Shown: in pieces, positions 49,886 to 59,797 of the stretch
Position numbering within the stretch: position 1 is the stretch's first letter
Layout: every line of letters starts with the position of its first letter
Assembly: GCA_949292105.1 (NCBI GenBank)
Contig: CASEYK010000016.1
Span: forward strand, 9,256 to 73,255
Reading direction: 5' to 3'
Source of the DNA: an uncultured bacterium
GTDB lineage: Bacteria; Bacillota_I; Bacilli_A; RFN20; CAG-826
Length of the DNA: 64,000 bases
Notes under the pieces: generated by a model
Seen by the model: the letters and a program-made list of their open reading frames with translations, nothing else
Database searches by the model: none
What the model was told of the DNA's origin: nothing
Translations under genes and position numbers: made by a program

Positions 49886-52249
49886 ATGAAAAAAAGTTTA
49901 TCCTTATTAACCGCTGTCTTTTCTCTTTCAATCGTTCTTTCGGCTTGTCAATCTAATGATGACGAGCCTAATTATAATAAACATTTGCTTGCTTATTTTG
50001 AATTCAAACAAAATAATCAAAGCCTTTTAATTGATTCTTTAAATAATGTCGATCCTGTGAATGTTAATTATCATTTACTCGATTCATCGACTATTTCAGA
50101 ACCTAAAAATGTTCAATTTAAAGAAGGCATTTTCAATGAAGCAATGGTTTTTGATGGATATTCAACTTTTGCGAGTATCGAAAGCAGTGAATTAATGATT
50201 TCAGGGTCTAATTTTTCTATCAGCGCTTGGATTGCTCCTCGCTCATATAATTGGTCAGATCAAAACAGCGATGATGATTTAATTCAAGCCATTGCTAGCC
50301 AATATTACAAAGATGATTCATTCGCTATGGGCTTTCAGCTTGGTTATAGACGCGATGGCAAGGTCACATTTGGGGTTGGGACTGAAAGCGGATGGTATCA
50401 ACTATATGATGAAGGTAGCCCAATCAATCGTTATGAATGGAACCATATCTTAGCTACTTTTGATGGTGTAAATGGATCAATTCGATTATATGTGAACGGC
50501 AAAATCGCCAATCGTCTAGAAATTGAAAAAAATAGTAAAATTGTCGGATGCGATTTGCCTCTGTTAATTGGTAAAAACACTGTCTCAACTTCTTCAGGGG
50601 ATTGTTCAGAAGGAGTGATTTCTGGTCTACTTGATGAACTGAGATTGTACAATACTACGCTCTCTTATGATGACTACAAAGATTATTATTCTTCATGCCT
50701 AGTTAACGGCGAAATCAAAGATGTAAATTTTGAAGACGTATGGATTCAAAATACTTTAACTGACGATTTATACAAACCACAATACCATGGTGGCCCATAC
50801 GAACATTGGATGAATGAACCTCACGCCCCAATTTATTATAACGGTGTCTATCATTTATTTTTCCAATTCAATGAAAATGGTCCATATTTTAATGATGCCA
50901 AAGGAATTGCATGGGGCCATTTAACAAGTACAGACATGGTCGAATGGACACCTAGAAAAGAAGTAATTGTGCCAACGGCTAATACTGTTTGTCCAGATGG
51001 AGTTTGGTCGGGAGGGGCAACTTATGATAAAGATGGCGTCCCAGTGTTATTTTTTACTGCCGGTGACTATACTCATTCTGGCATGATTTCAAATCAAAAT
51101 ATTGGTCTTGCAACACCTAAAGATTTAAGCGATCCATATTTGACAGAATGGGTCGTTTCGGATGAGTTGGCCGTCGAACAAAAAAGTGGGCAAGGAAGAA
51201 CGGGCGAATTCCGCGACTGCCACTTAATTAAAGATGGCGAAAATTATTATATGTTAGTTGGTAGTGGCGATGAAAATTCAAATCGCGGGACAGTTTTAAT
51301 CTACACGACTAATACAAGTAAAAATGATTATTTTCACAACTGGGAATATAAAGGTCATTTATTTGACTATGCAAATAATGATTCAAAATATGGCACATCA
51401 TGGGAATTGCCGGTGCTTCTCCCCTTAAAAGATGAAAACGGGAATGACTCAAACAAATGGGTTTTAATAATCTCCCCAGCACCGGCTTCCACCGCTGATA
51501 ATAACATCATCTATTGGATTGGCGAGTTTGACAAAAATACATGTCGATTTGTCTCTGATTTTGCTGGTCCTAGAAGAATGGACTATGGTAAAAATGTTTT
51601 TACTGGTCCGAGCGGCTTTATCGATCCAAACACTGGTGAGGCTATGATGTTTTCAATTATGCAATCGCAAAGAGAATCAAGCGATTTAGCAAGTTCAGGT
51701 TGGTCACATAATGTTGGGTTAACAAGACGCTTAAGATACAATTCTCAAACAAACGATTTAAGTATTTCAATTATTGATAATGTTTCCAATTTATCAACCG
51801 GCGTTTTATACGACGCAACTAATTGTACAATTAGTGATATCAACCGAGCGATTTCTAATATTAAATCAGACATGTTTAATATCAAAATCGTTATCAACAA
51901 TCTAACTTCAAAATTTTCAATTAAAACAAGAATGACAGAATCACAAAGCGAATATACACTAATCTACGCTGATCCATCTAGCAATATAGTTGGAGCAGTT
52001 AATACATTAAATTTGAATAATTCATCATTAAGTTCAGGTGAATTTATTGGAAATATAAATGATTGCAGTCAATTATCAATAGATTTATATGTCGACCGCA
52101 GCCAAATCGAAGTAGTGTTCAATGATGAAAAGACAATCTCGTGCCGAAGTTATCCAAAGGATTTAAACGCTCTATTAACGCAACTTGAAGGTAGTGAAGA
52201 CATAGTAATCGACAGTTTTGTTATGAGTCAAATGAGGTCTATTTTCTAA
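49886..52249 (+). CDS. Surface lipoprotein: concanavalin/LamG-like lectin domain + GH32 beta-fructofuranosidase (levanase/inulinase-like)
   Basis: LSAC lipobox. N-terminal LamG_3-like domain (..LDELRLYNTTLS..). GH32 motifs WMNEPHAPIYYNGVYHLFFQ (WMNDPNG block), FRDCHL (RDP) and a C-terminal beta-sandwich (IDLYVDRSQIEVVFNDEKT). Confidence 0.8.
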   Translation: MKKSLSLLTAVFSLSIVLSACQSNDDEPNYNKHLLAYFEFKQNNQSLLIDSLNNVDPVNVNYHLLDSSTISEPKNVQFKEGIFNEAMVFDGYSTFASIESSELMISGSNFSISAWIAPRSYNWSDQNSDDDLIQAIASQYYKDDSFAMGFQLGYRRDGKVTFGVGTESGWYQLYDEGSPINRYEWNHILATFDGVNGSIRLYVNGKIANRLEIEKNSKIVGCDLPLLIGKNTVSTSSGDCSEGVISGLLDELRLYNTTLSYDDYKDYYSSCLVNGEIKDVNFEDVWIQNTLTDDLYKPQYHGGPYEHWMNEPHAPIYYNGVYHLFFQFNENGPYFNDAKGIAWGHLTSTDMVEWTPRKEVIVPTANTVCPDGVWSGGATYDKDGVPVLFFTAGDYTHSGMISNQNIGLATPKDLSDPYLTEWVVSDELAVEQKSGQGRTGEFRDCHLIKDGENYYMLVGSGDENSNRGTVLIYTTNTSKNDYFHNWEYKGHLFDYANNDSKYGTSWELPVLLPLKDENGNDSNKWVLIISPAPASTADNNIIYWIGEFDKNTCRFVSDFAGPRRMDYGKNVFTGPSGFIDPNTGEAMMFSIMQSQRESSDLASSGWSHNVGLTRRLRYNSQTNDLSISIIDNVSNLSTGVLYDATNCTISDINRAISNIKSDMFNIKIVINNLTSKFSIKTRMTESQSEYTLIYADPSSNIVGAVNTLNLNNSSLSSGEFIGNINDCSQLSIDLYVDRSQIEVVFNDEKTISCRSYPKDLNALLTQLEGSEDIVIDSFVMSQMRSIF

Positions 52250-54303
52250 TGAAAAAGAATGTGTCCAAATTGCTTACAGTTTTATTGTTATTAAGCTGCG
52301 TTTCTTGTGGAAACCAGAATAATTTTGAAGAATATTCTTTTGCTAATGCTGGATTTGAAACTGGTCTATTGACAAATTGGACAGCGACTGGAGATGCCTT
52401 TTCTGATAACAGTGTTACAATTGCAGATTCAAGCAAGGATAAAATTCATGTTGTTGGTAATTTCTATTTAAATGGTGAATCGAGTGGAAACGCCGCCACC
52501 GGCACCCTTCAGTCCACAACATTTAAACTAAATGGAAATGGCAAAATTGGTTTTATGATTGGTGCTGGTAAAAATCAGTCGCTTGTTTATGTTTCTTTGC
52601 ATTTAGAAGACACTGGTGAAGAAATAGGAAGAGTTAGCAATAAATTTTTTAATAGCGAAAATCCAAACAATCGCATGTATCGCATTATCCTTAATGCTTC
52701 GGAATACATTGGTGAAAATGTTTATTTAAAAATTGTCGATAATGATGCTCAAAACGATGGGTATAACTATATCATGGTTGATGATTTTATTGTTTCTTAT
52801 TTAGGAGATGAAGATGATGGCTCGCTGGTAAGCGATGCAAGAAAATATACCGAAGCAAATAAAAATAATGTTGGCAATGAATATCGCCATACATATCACT
52901 TAATGCCAACCATCGGTTGGATGAATGATCCGAATGGATTTACATACTATGATGGTTATTATCATTTATTTTATCAACATAATCCTTATTCATCCAATTG
53001 GGATACTATGCATTGGGGACATGCTATTTCGAAAGATTTAGTCGTATGGGAAGATGCTGGTGTCGCCTTGGCTCCAGATAAAACATATGATAAACTCGGT
53101 GTCTACTCTGGAGGAGCGATTGAGAAAGATGGAACTCTTAATTTGTTATATACATGTGTCGGTGATGGTGGGGTTCAGCAGCAAGCTCTAGCTACTAGCT
53201 ACGATGGTTATAATTTCACTAAACGCGCGAGTAATCCTGTTATTTCTTCTTCACAAAGGCTCAATTCGAGAGTTACTGACTTTAGAGATCCGTATTTATT
53301 TGAAAAGGATGGCGTTTACTACACCTTAATCGGAGGAAAGCTTGAAGGCGAAGGTGGACAATTAATCTTGTATTCTTCTAAAGATTTAATGAACTGGAAA
53401 ACCATTGGTAGTGTTTATTCTTCAACTTTGACGGGCGGCGGCATGTTTGAATGCCCAAATTTAGCCTTTTTTGGTGATAAAGAAGTTATCATTACTTCTC
53501 CCCAATCAATTCGAGATAGCGAAATATCAAATTATCAAAACATTCATTCAGTCACATATCAGATTGGCGACATCGATTTTGAAAATGGCGTTTTTACAAA
53601 TGAATTTGGTCAAGATTCCATGGAGGAATTTGACAAAGGATTCGATTTTTATGCCACACAAGTAATAAGTGAGGAAGATCGAGTTATTATGCTCGCTTGG
53701 ATGAATATGTGGTCGAGGAGTTATCCAACTGCAACCGATCAATGGGCAGGTGAAATTACTTTGCCTAGAGAATTAGAACTGGTTGATGGACATATTTATC
53801 AAAAACCGATACGCGAAATTGAAAATTACTATCAAAACGAGGTTATTTTGAGCAATATTGATGCAAATAATGAAAATATTGCATTAGATTTTAGAGGTAA
53901 TACTCTTCATTTAAAAGCAGAAATAGATGTATCAAGTTTAAATGGCGGGAAGAGTGGTTTTCATCTATTTAAAGGTTCGGATGAAGAGACAAGCATTTAT
54001 TATGATGATTCACTGGGGATGGTTGTCTTTAATCGAAAAAATAGTGGAGTTGAAATCGATTCTTTTGATGATGATGGCGAGCTAAATGTCCGCTACGCAT
54101 CTATTGAGCCGATTAATGATGTTATTAAATTAGAATTCTTTTTAGATGTTTCGAGCATCGAAGTTTTTATTAATGATGGTTACTATACCATGAGTGGCTT
54201 GGTTTACCCAAGTGAAGGTAGTGATGGAGTTGAATTTTTTGCCACTAATGGCAGTGCTACTTTAAATTCACTCGTCAAACATGATGTGATTGTGGGAGCG
54301 TAA
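52249..54303 (+). CDS. Surface lipoprotein: N-terminal CBM-like beta-sandwich module + GH32 beta-fructofuranosidase
   Basis: LLSCVSCG lipobox. ~155-aa N-terminal module opening NAGFETGLLTNWTATGDAF and ending YIGENVYLKIVDND..DDFIV. GH32 motifs GWMNDPNG, FRDPYLF, MFECPNL and the C-terminal LDVSSIEVFINDG. Confidence 0.85.
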   Translation: MKKNVSKLLTVLLLLSCVSCGNQNNFEEYSFANAGFETGLLTNWTATGDAFSDNSVTIADSSKDKIHVVGNFYLNGESSGNAATGTLQSTTFKLNGNGKIGFMIGAGKNQSLVYVSLHLEDTGEEIGRVSNKFFNSENPNNRMYRIILNASEYIGENVYLKIVDNDAQNDGYNYIMVDDFIVSYLGDEDDGSLVSDARKYTEANKNNVGNEYRHTYHLMPTIGWMNDPNGFTYYDGYYHLFYQHNPYSSNWDTMHWGHAISKDLVVWEDAGVALAPDKTYDKLGVYSGGAIEKDGTLNLLYTCVGDGGVQQQALATSYDGYNFTKRASNPVISSSQRLNSRVTDFRDPYLFEKDGVYYTLIGGKLEGEGGQLILYSSKDLMNWKTIGSVYSSTLTGGGMFECPNLAFFGDKEVIITSPQSIRDSEISNYQNIHSVTYQIGDIDFENGVFTNEFGQDSMEEFDKGFDFYATQVISEEDRVIMLAWMNMWSRSYPTATDQWAGEITLPRELELVDGHIYQKPIREIENYYQNEVILSNIDANNENIALDFRGNTLHLKAEIDVSSLNGGKSGFHLFKGSDEETSIYYDDSLGMVVFNRKNSGVEIDSFDDDGELNVRYASIEPINDVIKLEFFLDVSSIEVFINDGYYTMSGLVYPSEGSDGVEFFATNGSATLNSLVKHDVIVGA

Positions 54304-54305
54304 AA

Positions 54306-55739
54306 ATGAAGAAGAAAAATTATCGCCCGCTTTTACATATCACTCCAGACCATGGTTGGATAAATGATCCAAATGGCTTTTCATTTTTTAATGGTTTGTA
54401 TCATGTTTTCGCTCAATATTATCCGCATGAACTTAGGTGGGGCCCAATGCATTGGGCACATTTTGTCAGTACTGATTTAATCAATTGGAAACAAGTTCAA
54501 AACGCTCTAAAACCCGATCAGCCTTATGATCAAGATTTTGGATGCTTTTCGGGCAGTGCATTATCCATAAATAATAAGCACATACTTGCCTATACAGGTG
54601 TGGCAAATAACAAGCAAACGCAATGTTTAGCGACTTCAACCGACGGACTTAATTATGTCAAACATCCGTTAAATCCAATTATTGATGAGCGATTATTACC
54701 TTCTGGATATGATGTTGCGAACTTTAGGGATCCTAAGATTTTTTATCGGCACGGTTCTTTTTATATTTTAGTTGGCGCCAAACGAACCGACGGCATTTCT
54801 TCTTTGCTCCTTTTTAGAGGCGATTCGTTTGATCATGTTGAATTTGTTCGCTCTATTTTTGATATGTCAGGTCTCGGTGCAGGAATGTTGGAATGCTGTG
54901 ATATTTTATTCTTAAATGAAAAGGATGATCGATGCATACTTTTGTGTTCACCTCAATTTAAAAAATCACCATGTCCATACCATTATCAAAATATTCATTC
55001 TACTCTTGCTTTATTAGGTGAATTAGATTTTGCAAATTGTTGTTTTATTCCTTCCAGCCCTGAAATTGAATTAGATCTTGGCTTTGATTTTTATGCAGCA
55101 CAAACTCTTGCTCGTGATAATCATTTTTATCTAATTGCGTGGGAATCAATGTGGGATCGAAATTATCCAAGTGAACAGTGTGGTTTTGTCGGTCAATTAA
55201 CATGTCCCCGCGAATTAACAATTATCGATAATTCCATCCATCAGAAGTTTGTTTCTTCTCTAGATAATTATTTTGCTGAAGTTAATTGTTTTGAAGAATT
55301 GCTGGTTGACCACCAAAAAGATTTTTTTAGTCAAGATGAAGTGAGAAGATATCGTTTTGAAGTTGAAGCAGATGGCAATTATTCAATTATTTTATATTCA
55401 AATGGTAAAACAGGTTATGTAATTAATTCCGATATAAAAACAAAACTTGTGCAATTCAATCGTTCTTGTTCGAATGAAAAAATTTCAAATGTTAATGGCA
55501 CTCAAGCCGATGTGCGCAATATTCGCATTGAAGAAGGATGCCAAACTATCAGTTTTGACATTTTAATTGATCATTGCTCGTGCGAAATTTTAATTAACAA
55601 CGGGAGATACTCTTTCACTTCATTGTTTTATCCCGATGGTGAATTTGGCATTTCGTTTATGAATAAGGCGAACAAAATGATTATAAAAAATTTAGTGATT
55701 AGCGGATTAGTAAACAAGGAGGCTTACAAAGATGATTAA
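54306..55739 (+). CDS. Cytoplasmic GH32 sucrose-6-phosphate hydrolase / beta-fructofuranosidase (ScrB-like)
   Basis: No signal peptide. Motifs HGWINDPNG, FRDPKIF, MLECCDI and the C-terminal IDHCSCEILINNG. Confidence 0.8.
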   Translation: MKKKNYRPLLHITPDHGWINDPNGFSFFNGLYHVFAQYYPHELRWGPMHWAHFVSTDLINWKQVQNALKPDQPYDQDFGCFSGSALSINNKHILAYTGVANNKQTQCLATSTDGLNYVKHPLNPIIDERLLPSGYDVANFRDPKIFYRHGSFYILVGAKRTDGISSLLLFRGDSFDHVEFVRSIFDMSGLGAGMLECCDILFLNEKDDRCILLCSPQFKKSPCPYHYQNIHSTLALLGELDFANCCFIPSSPEIELDLGFDFYAAQTLARDNHFYLIAWESMWDRNYPSEQCGFVGQLTCPRELTIIDNSIHQKFVSSLDNYFAEVNCFEELLVDHQKDFFSQDEVRRYRFEVEADGNYSIILYSNGKTGYVINSDIKTKLVQFNRSCSNEKISNVNGTQADVRNIRIEEGCQTISFDILIDHCSCEILINNGRYSFTSLFYPDGEFGISFMNKANKMIIKNLVISGLVNKEAYKDD

Positions 55740-57945
55740 AAAGCATAGTTTTATTATTCCTTTACTTTTTACAGCATTGTTATTCGTTGGTGGCTGTTCA
55801 TCTAACAAAGATGATTCATCATCAATTTATGATGATGAGATTCGAAATGGCAGTTTTGAAAATGGCTTAACTTCTTGGACCATTGGAGGCCTTGGAGGTT
55901 TTAGCGAAGAAGACGTTTCAACAATTGATACATTTTCTGATGGCCAACCAACCGAAAAAGTTGGAAATAGTTTTTATGCTGGAGCTACTTCTTCACTACC
56001 TTCATTTACTGGCACATTAACTTCTGAGCCATTCAATTTAGGGGGAGTTGGTTATATTTCCCTTAAATTAGGAGCAGCTAAAAACGGAGAAAAATGTTAC
56101 ATCGAATTTTATGAAGTTGGAAAAGATGATGTTCCTTTATCTTTCTATCTAGATTACGATACTTCAACTGTTTATACCAAACTTATTAATACTGATTTTA
56201 ATGGAACAACAATCCGCTCATTAATGATGAGACATGTTGTCGATTTGCGTGAATATTTTGAAAAAGATATTTATATTAAAATTACCGATAATGACACTGG
56301 ATCAGATTACACTGATTATTCTTTTGTTAATTTAGATGATTTTAGAGTTTTAAAAACAGCTCAGGAAAAAAATGATGCTTTAGTTGAAAGAGCTGATCAA
56401 TTGCTTCAACACGGAGAAGATGACATTGATGCTGAAAATCCTGTCGAACAACTCCGTAATGGTGGTTTTGAAACAGGCGATACATCATATTGGAAAGCTA
56501 TTTCTGGTGATGCATTTTTAAGCGAAGATATGGTTATTTCTTCAAGCGAAATGTATTGGGGCAACAGGCTTTATCACGCTGATGGAAATTATTTCTTAAA
56601 CAACATAAGTAGCGGTGAAGAAAAAGTTGGCAAAATGCGCTCAGAAAAGTTCATTGTTACAGATCAGGGCGATAATCAATCATACGCTACTTTCATGATG
56701 GGTGCGGCCAAACAATCAACAACCTATGTTGCGGTTAATGATGCTGAAACAGGTAGCGAGCTTATTCGAGTTTATAACAAAGCGTTTAAGGATCCAGGAT
56801 TAGCTCAAGGATTAGTAAGATACTACATTGATTTAAGTGAGTATATTGGTCAAACTCTTTACTTTACGATTGTCGATAATGCTACTGGCGATGGATTCGC
56901 ATTTATTGAAGTTGATGATTTTGAAATAAATCTATCTCAACAAGAAGTAATAAACGGCATCGCTGAACTTCGCCTGTGGGCAAACGATTTGGATGATATG
57001 GAAGCAAAATCAGATTATATCTCTGCATACAATGGGGGAATTTCTTTCCCTATTTCTGGAAATGCTCCAGTGGTTATAGAAGAAAATGGCTATGCCTTAT
57101 CATTAACAGTTGCTCCTAAGGTTATGAATTTAAACCAATTATTTAATCAAGTTATAGTTGTGGATGATTATACAGCAACTGATGATTTGACAAAAAATAT
57201 AGAAGGAATAACCTTTAATGGTGATGAATTAGATGGCGATTATACCAGTTTTGAATTAAATGTCGGAGAATATATAGTCTCGTTGTCTTTTACTGATACT
57301 TATCAAAATAAGACAACAACTAAAGTAAAAATAACAGTAGTTGAGAGTTTAAGTTACGATAGCACTATTGAAAACGGCGACTTTGAGTACGGGAATTTAA
57401 ATGGTTGGACAGTTGTGAGCGGAAATGTTAACACGAGCAATGCTATTGATAATGCCTCTACATTCTGGGCCGAAGCCATTCCATTCAACAAATCAGGAGA
57501 GTATTTCTTCAATGGTTGGAATGCTTGCGAAGTTGAGGCGGATGGATATTCTCTTCGCTCGACAACATTTACGCTAGGTGGCGTCGGTCAAATTAGTTTC
57601 AAACTTGGAGGTCATTCGAGCAAATTAGTTGTCAGAGACGAAGCTGATAATGTTATTGCCGAATATCGAAATTATGCTTTTGCTGATGTGAATTTTCCAA
57701 ATGTTAGCGAAGGTTGTCGCTTGGCAACAATGAATACATATGTTGCTGACTTATCAGAATATATTGGTGAAAACCTTTATATAGAAATCGTTGATGAAGT
57801 AATTTCTGAAGGATGGGCAGTTGCATTCTTTGACGAGATTAATGTTTATCACGAACAAACAATCAACATAGCCGAGGAGTTTGATGTTGTTGAACAATAT
57901 GGCGTTCAAACAAAACTGCCATGGCTAGAAGCTAAAAGTAATTAA
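55732..57945 (+). CDS. Non-catalytic surface lipoprotein built from three tandem CBM4_9-like beta-sandwich modules
   Basis: FVGGC lipobox. Three ~160-aa repeats. Each opens N-G-x-F-E-x-G (IRNGSFENGLTSW / LRNGGFETGDTSYW / IENGDFEYGNLNGW). Each contains F.LGG.G.IS.KLG and ends E-Y-I-G-[EQ]-x-L-Y-x-x-I-V-D...DDF. No catalytic motif. Confidence 0.6.
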   Translation: MIKKHSFIIPLLFTALLFVGGCSSNKDDSSSIYDDEIRNGSFENGLTSWTIGGLGGFSEEDVSTIDTFSDGQPTEKVGNSFYAGATSSLPSFTGTLTSEPFNLGGVGYISLKLGAAKNGEKCYIEFYEVGKDDVPLSFYLDYDTSTVYTKLINTDFNGTTIRSLMMRHVVDLREYFEKDIYIKITDNDTGSDYTDYSFVNLDDFRVLKTAQEKNDALVERADQLLQHGEDDIDAENPVEQLRNGGFETGDTSYWKAISGDAFLSEDMVISSSEMYWGNRLYHADGNYFLNNISSGEEKVGKMRSEKFIVTDQGDNQSYATFMMGAAKQSTTYVAVNDAETGSELIRVYNKAFKDPGLAQGLVRYYIDLSEYIGQTLYFTIVDNATGDGFAFIEVDDFEINLSQQEVINGIAELRLWANDLDDMEAKSDYISAYNGGISFPISGNAPVVIEENGYALSLTVAPKVMNLNQLFNQVIVVDDYTATDDLTKNIEGITFNGDELDGDYTSFELNVGEYIVSLSFTDTYQNKTTTKVKITVVESLSYDSTIENGDFEYGNLNGWTVVSGNVNTSNAIDNASTFWAEAIPFNKSGEYFFNGWNACEVEADGYSLRSTTFTLGGVGQISFKLGGHSSKLVVRDEADNVIAEYRNYAFADVNFPNVSEGCRLATMNTYVADLSEYIGENLYIEIVDEVISEGWAVAFFDEINVYHEQTINIAEEFDVVEQYGVQTKLPWLEAKSN

Positions 57946-57955
57946 GGAGGAAATT

Positions 57956-59785
57956 ATGATGAAAAAGAATTTACTTTTAGGATTTGGCATCGTTGCTCTT
58001 GCTTCTGCTGCATTTGGAATATTAAGCAACGAGTCAAAAACAATTTCGTCAGTTAAAGCGGAAGATAATTCAACACTAGTGACATATATTCCTTTTAACA
58101 ATGACAATTTCACAATTGTAACAGATGAAGGAGTTGAAACAGAACTAGGTGATACATCAGATTGGGTTACTGGTCGATATGGTACATTTTGGAACTATAG
58201 GTATTTCAACGCTATGGATGATTTTTATGATGGAAATAGACAAGAAAGTTGGACTGGAACTATTACATCTAGAACATGGGTTCAACAAAATAAATATGTC
58301 ACTTTCACTCTTGGCGGTAACTCTCAGAATAAAGTTTTAATTAAGAATGAGAGTGGAGAAGTTGTTGCAACTGCAAACAATAATTTATTTAATGATCCGT
58401 ACTTATCAGTCAATATGATTACTAAAGTTGTTACTGTTCCAGAAGAATATATTGGTCAGACACTTCATCTTGAAATTATCGATTCAACAACAAATGGTTT
58501 TGGTATGACTACTTTTGGTGCGTTAAAGGTTAACCAAACTTTAGATGATGTTGCTCAAACAGTTGTTGCCCATATTGCTGAAACAAAATGGATTGTTGAC
58601 CTCAATGATGATTCTGCCCCGGCTAATACAAATACTCTTGCGGCTGACTATATCATCAATGTATATCGCACAGCCGATGAGTATGAACTTGTTAGAAATA
58701 ACGGTTTAATAATTAATGAAGATGGCAGTTTTACATCGCCATTAACTGATGTCGATGAAGGTTTTGAATCAAGTGGTTTAACGAATTGGGCGTATGACAT
58801 CGAATATTCAGACAATGGTAACGAAGAGGAACCTGCCAACTACTTTATTCCTTTCGCTTCTTCTATTTCGGAAGAAACATATGCTGGATGGATAGAACAC
58901 ATGCCTTTTAATAAAACCGGCAACAAATTTTACAAAGGATGGGAAGACGGATTTGATGAGGCAGCGAAGTATCGTTTATTATCTGCTCCATTCACGCTTT
59001 CTGGCACAGGACTTATTTCGATTAAAATGGCTGGCAATTCAGCCGCTTTACAAATTTTAGATGCATCCACACATGAACAATTGATGGAAGTCAACAATCA
59101 AGTATTTCTTGACAATGTTGATACTGTTGTTGGTGGCGGCAGATTATGCACTATGGTTCGTCATATCATTGATGCCAGCGATTATCTCGGCCAACAAATT
59201 GTCATCGCTCTTGCTGATAACCGAACAGGCGGTGGCTGGGGATGTGTCTTCTTTGATGAATTAATTACAAACTATCAGGCTTTGCCTTCGTTAAAATTGG
59301 ATACAATTGTTCAAAGTGGGACTATTAATGGCGAAGATGTCACTAATTATGGCGTTATTCGAGACACATATGTTGGATCTATGGATTCAACTTTTGGCCA
59401 AGCGTATACATTTATGAACAATTATTATGATACTTTGAGAAATTCAACTAATAATTTTTCATATTGTAGTATAATCTCTAGTGAAGAAGTCAAAAATGTT
59501 TTGGAAAGTTATGAAGCACTTCCTGAAGAAGTTCAAACAATTGTCCAAAACAGTGATGACTATTCATATACTGGCTCTATTTATTCAAGCGAAGTTCAAT
59601 TGTACAAAGTCATTGAGACAATCAACTACATTAATGGTCAAAACGACAATGCTGGAAATTTAAAATCATCATTTGGTGTTTTACCTGTTAAGAATAGCAT
59701 CGCGATTGCCATTGGTGTTTTATCGTTGACAGTATTCCTTTTCGCGGTTATTTTTGTCAGTAGAAAGAAAAAAACACATAACTAG
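57956..59785 (+). CDS. Membrane-anchored surface protein with two copies of the same CBM-like module (signal peptide + C-terminal TM anchor)
   Basis: Cleavable-type signal peptide. Two modules (..TFTLGGNSQNKVLIKN...EEYIGQTLHLEIID.. and ..FTLSGTGLISIKMAGN...SDYLGQQIVIALADN...FFDEL). C-terminal LPVKNS + hydrophobic helix + RKKKTHN. Confidence 0.55.
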   Translation: MMKKNLLLGFGIVALASAAFGILSNESKTISSVKAEDNSTLVTYIPFNNDNFTIVTDEGVETELGDTSDWVTGRYGTFWNYRYFNAMDDFYDGNRQESWTGTITSRTWVQQNKYVTFTLGGNSQNKVLIKNESGEVVATANNNLFNDPYLSVNMITKVVTVPEEYIGQTLHLEIIDSTTNGFGMTTFGALKVNQTLDDVAQTVVAHIAETKWIVDLNDDSAPANTNTLAADYIINVYRTADEYELVRNNGLIINEDGSFTSPLTDVDEGFESSGLTNWAYDIEYSDNGNEEEPANYFIPFASSISEETYAGWIEHMPFNKTGNKFYKGWEDGFDEAAKYRLLSAPFTLSGTGLISIKMAGNSAALQILDASTHEQLMEVNNQVFLDNVDTVVGGGRLCTMVRHIIDASDYLGQQIVIALADNRTGGGWGCVFFDELITNYQALPSLKLDTIVQSGTINGEDVTNYGVIRDTYVGSMDSTFGQAYTFMNNYYDTLRNSTNNFSYCSIISSEEVKNVLESYEALPEEVQTIVQNSDDYSYTGSIYSSEVQLYKVIETINYINGQNDNAGNLKSSFGVLPVKNSIAIAIGVLSLTVFLFAVIFVSRKKKTHN

Positions 59786-59797
59786 TAGGTAATAAGG

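Noticed and set aside
59650-59785. LPXTG sortase signal in the 57956 protein
   Set aside because: The pentapeptide is LPVKN, not LPXTG or a known variant. It is treated as a plain C-terminal TM anchor, with the resemblance noted as a low-interest finding.
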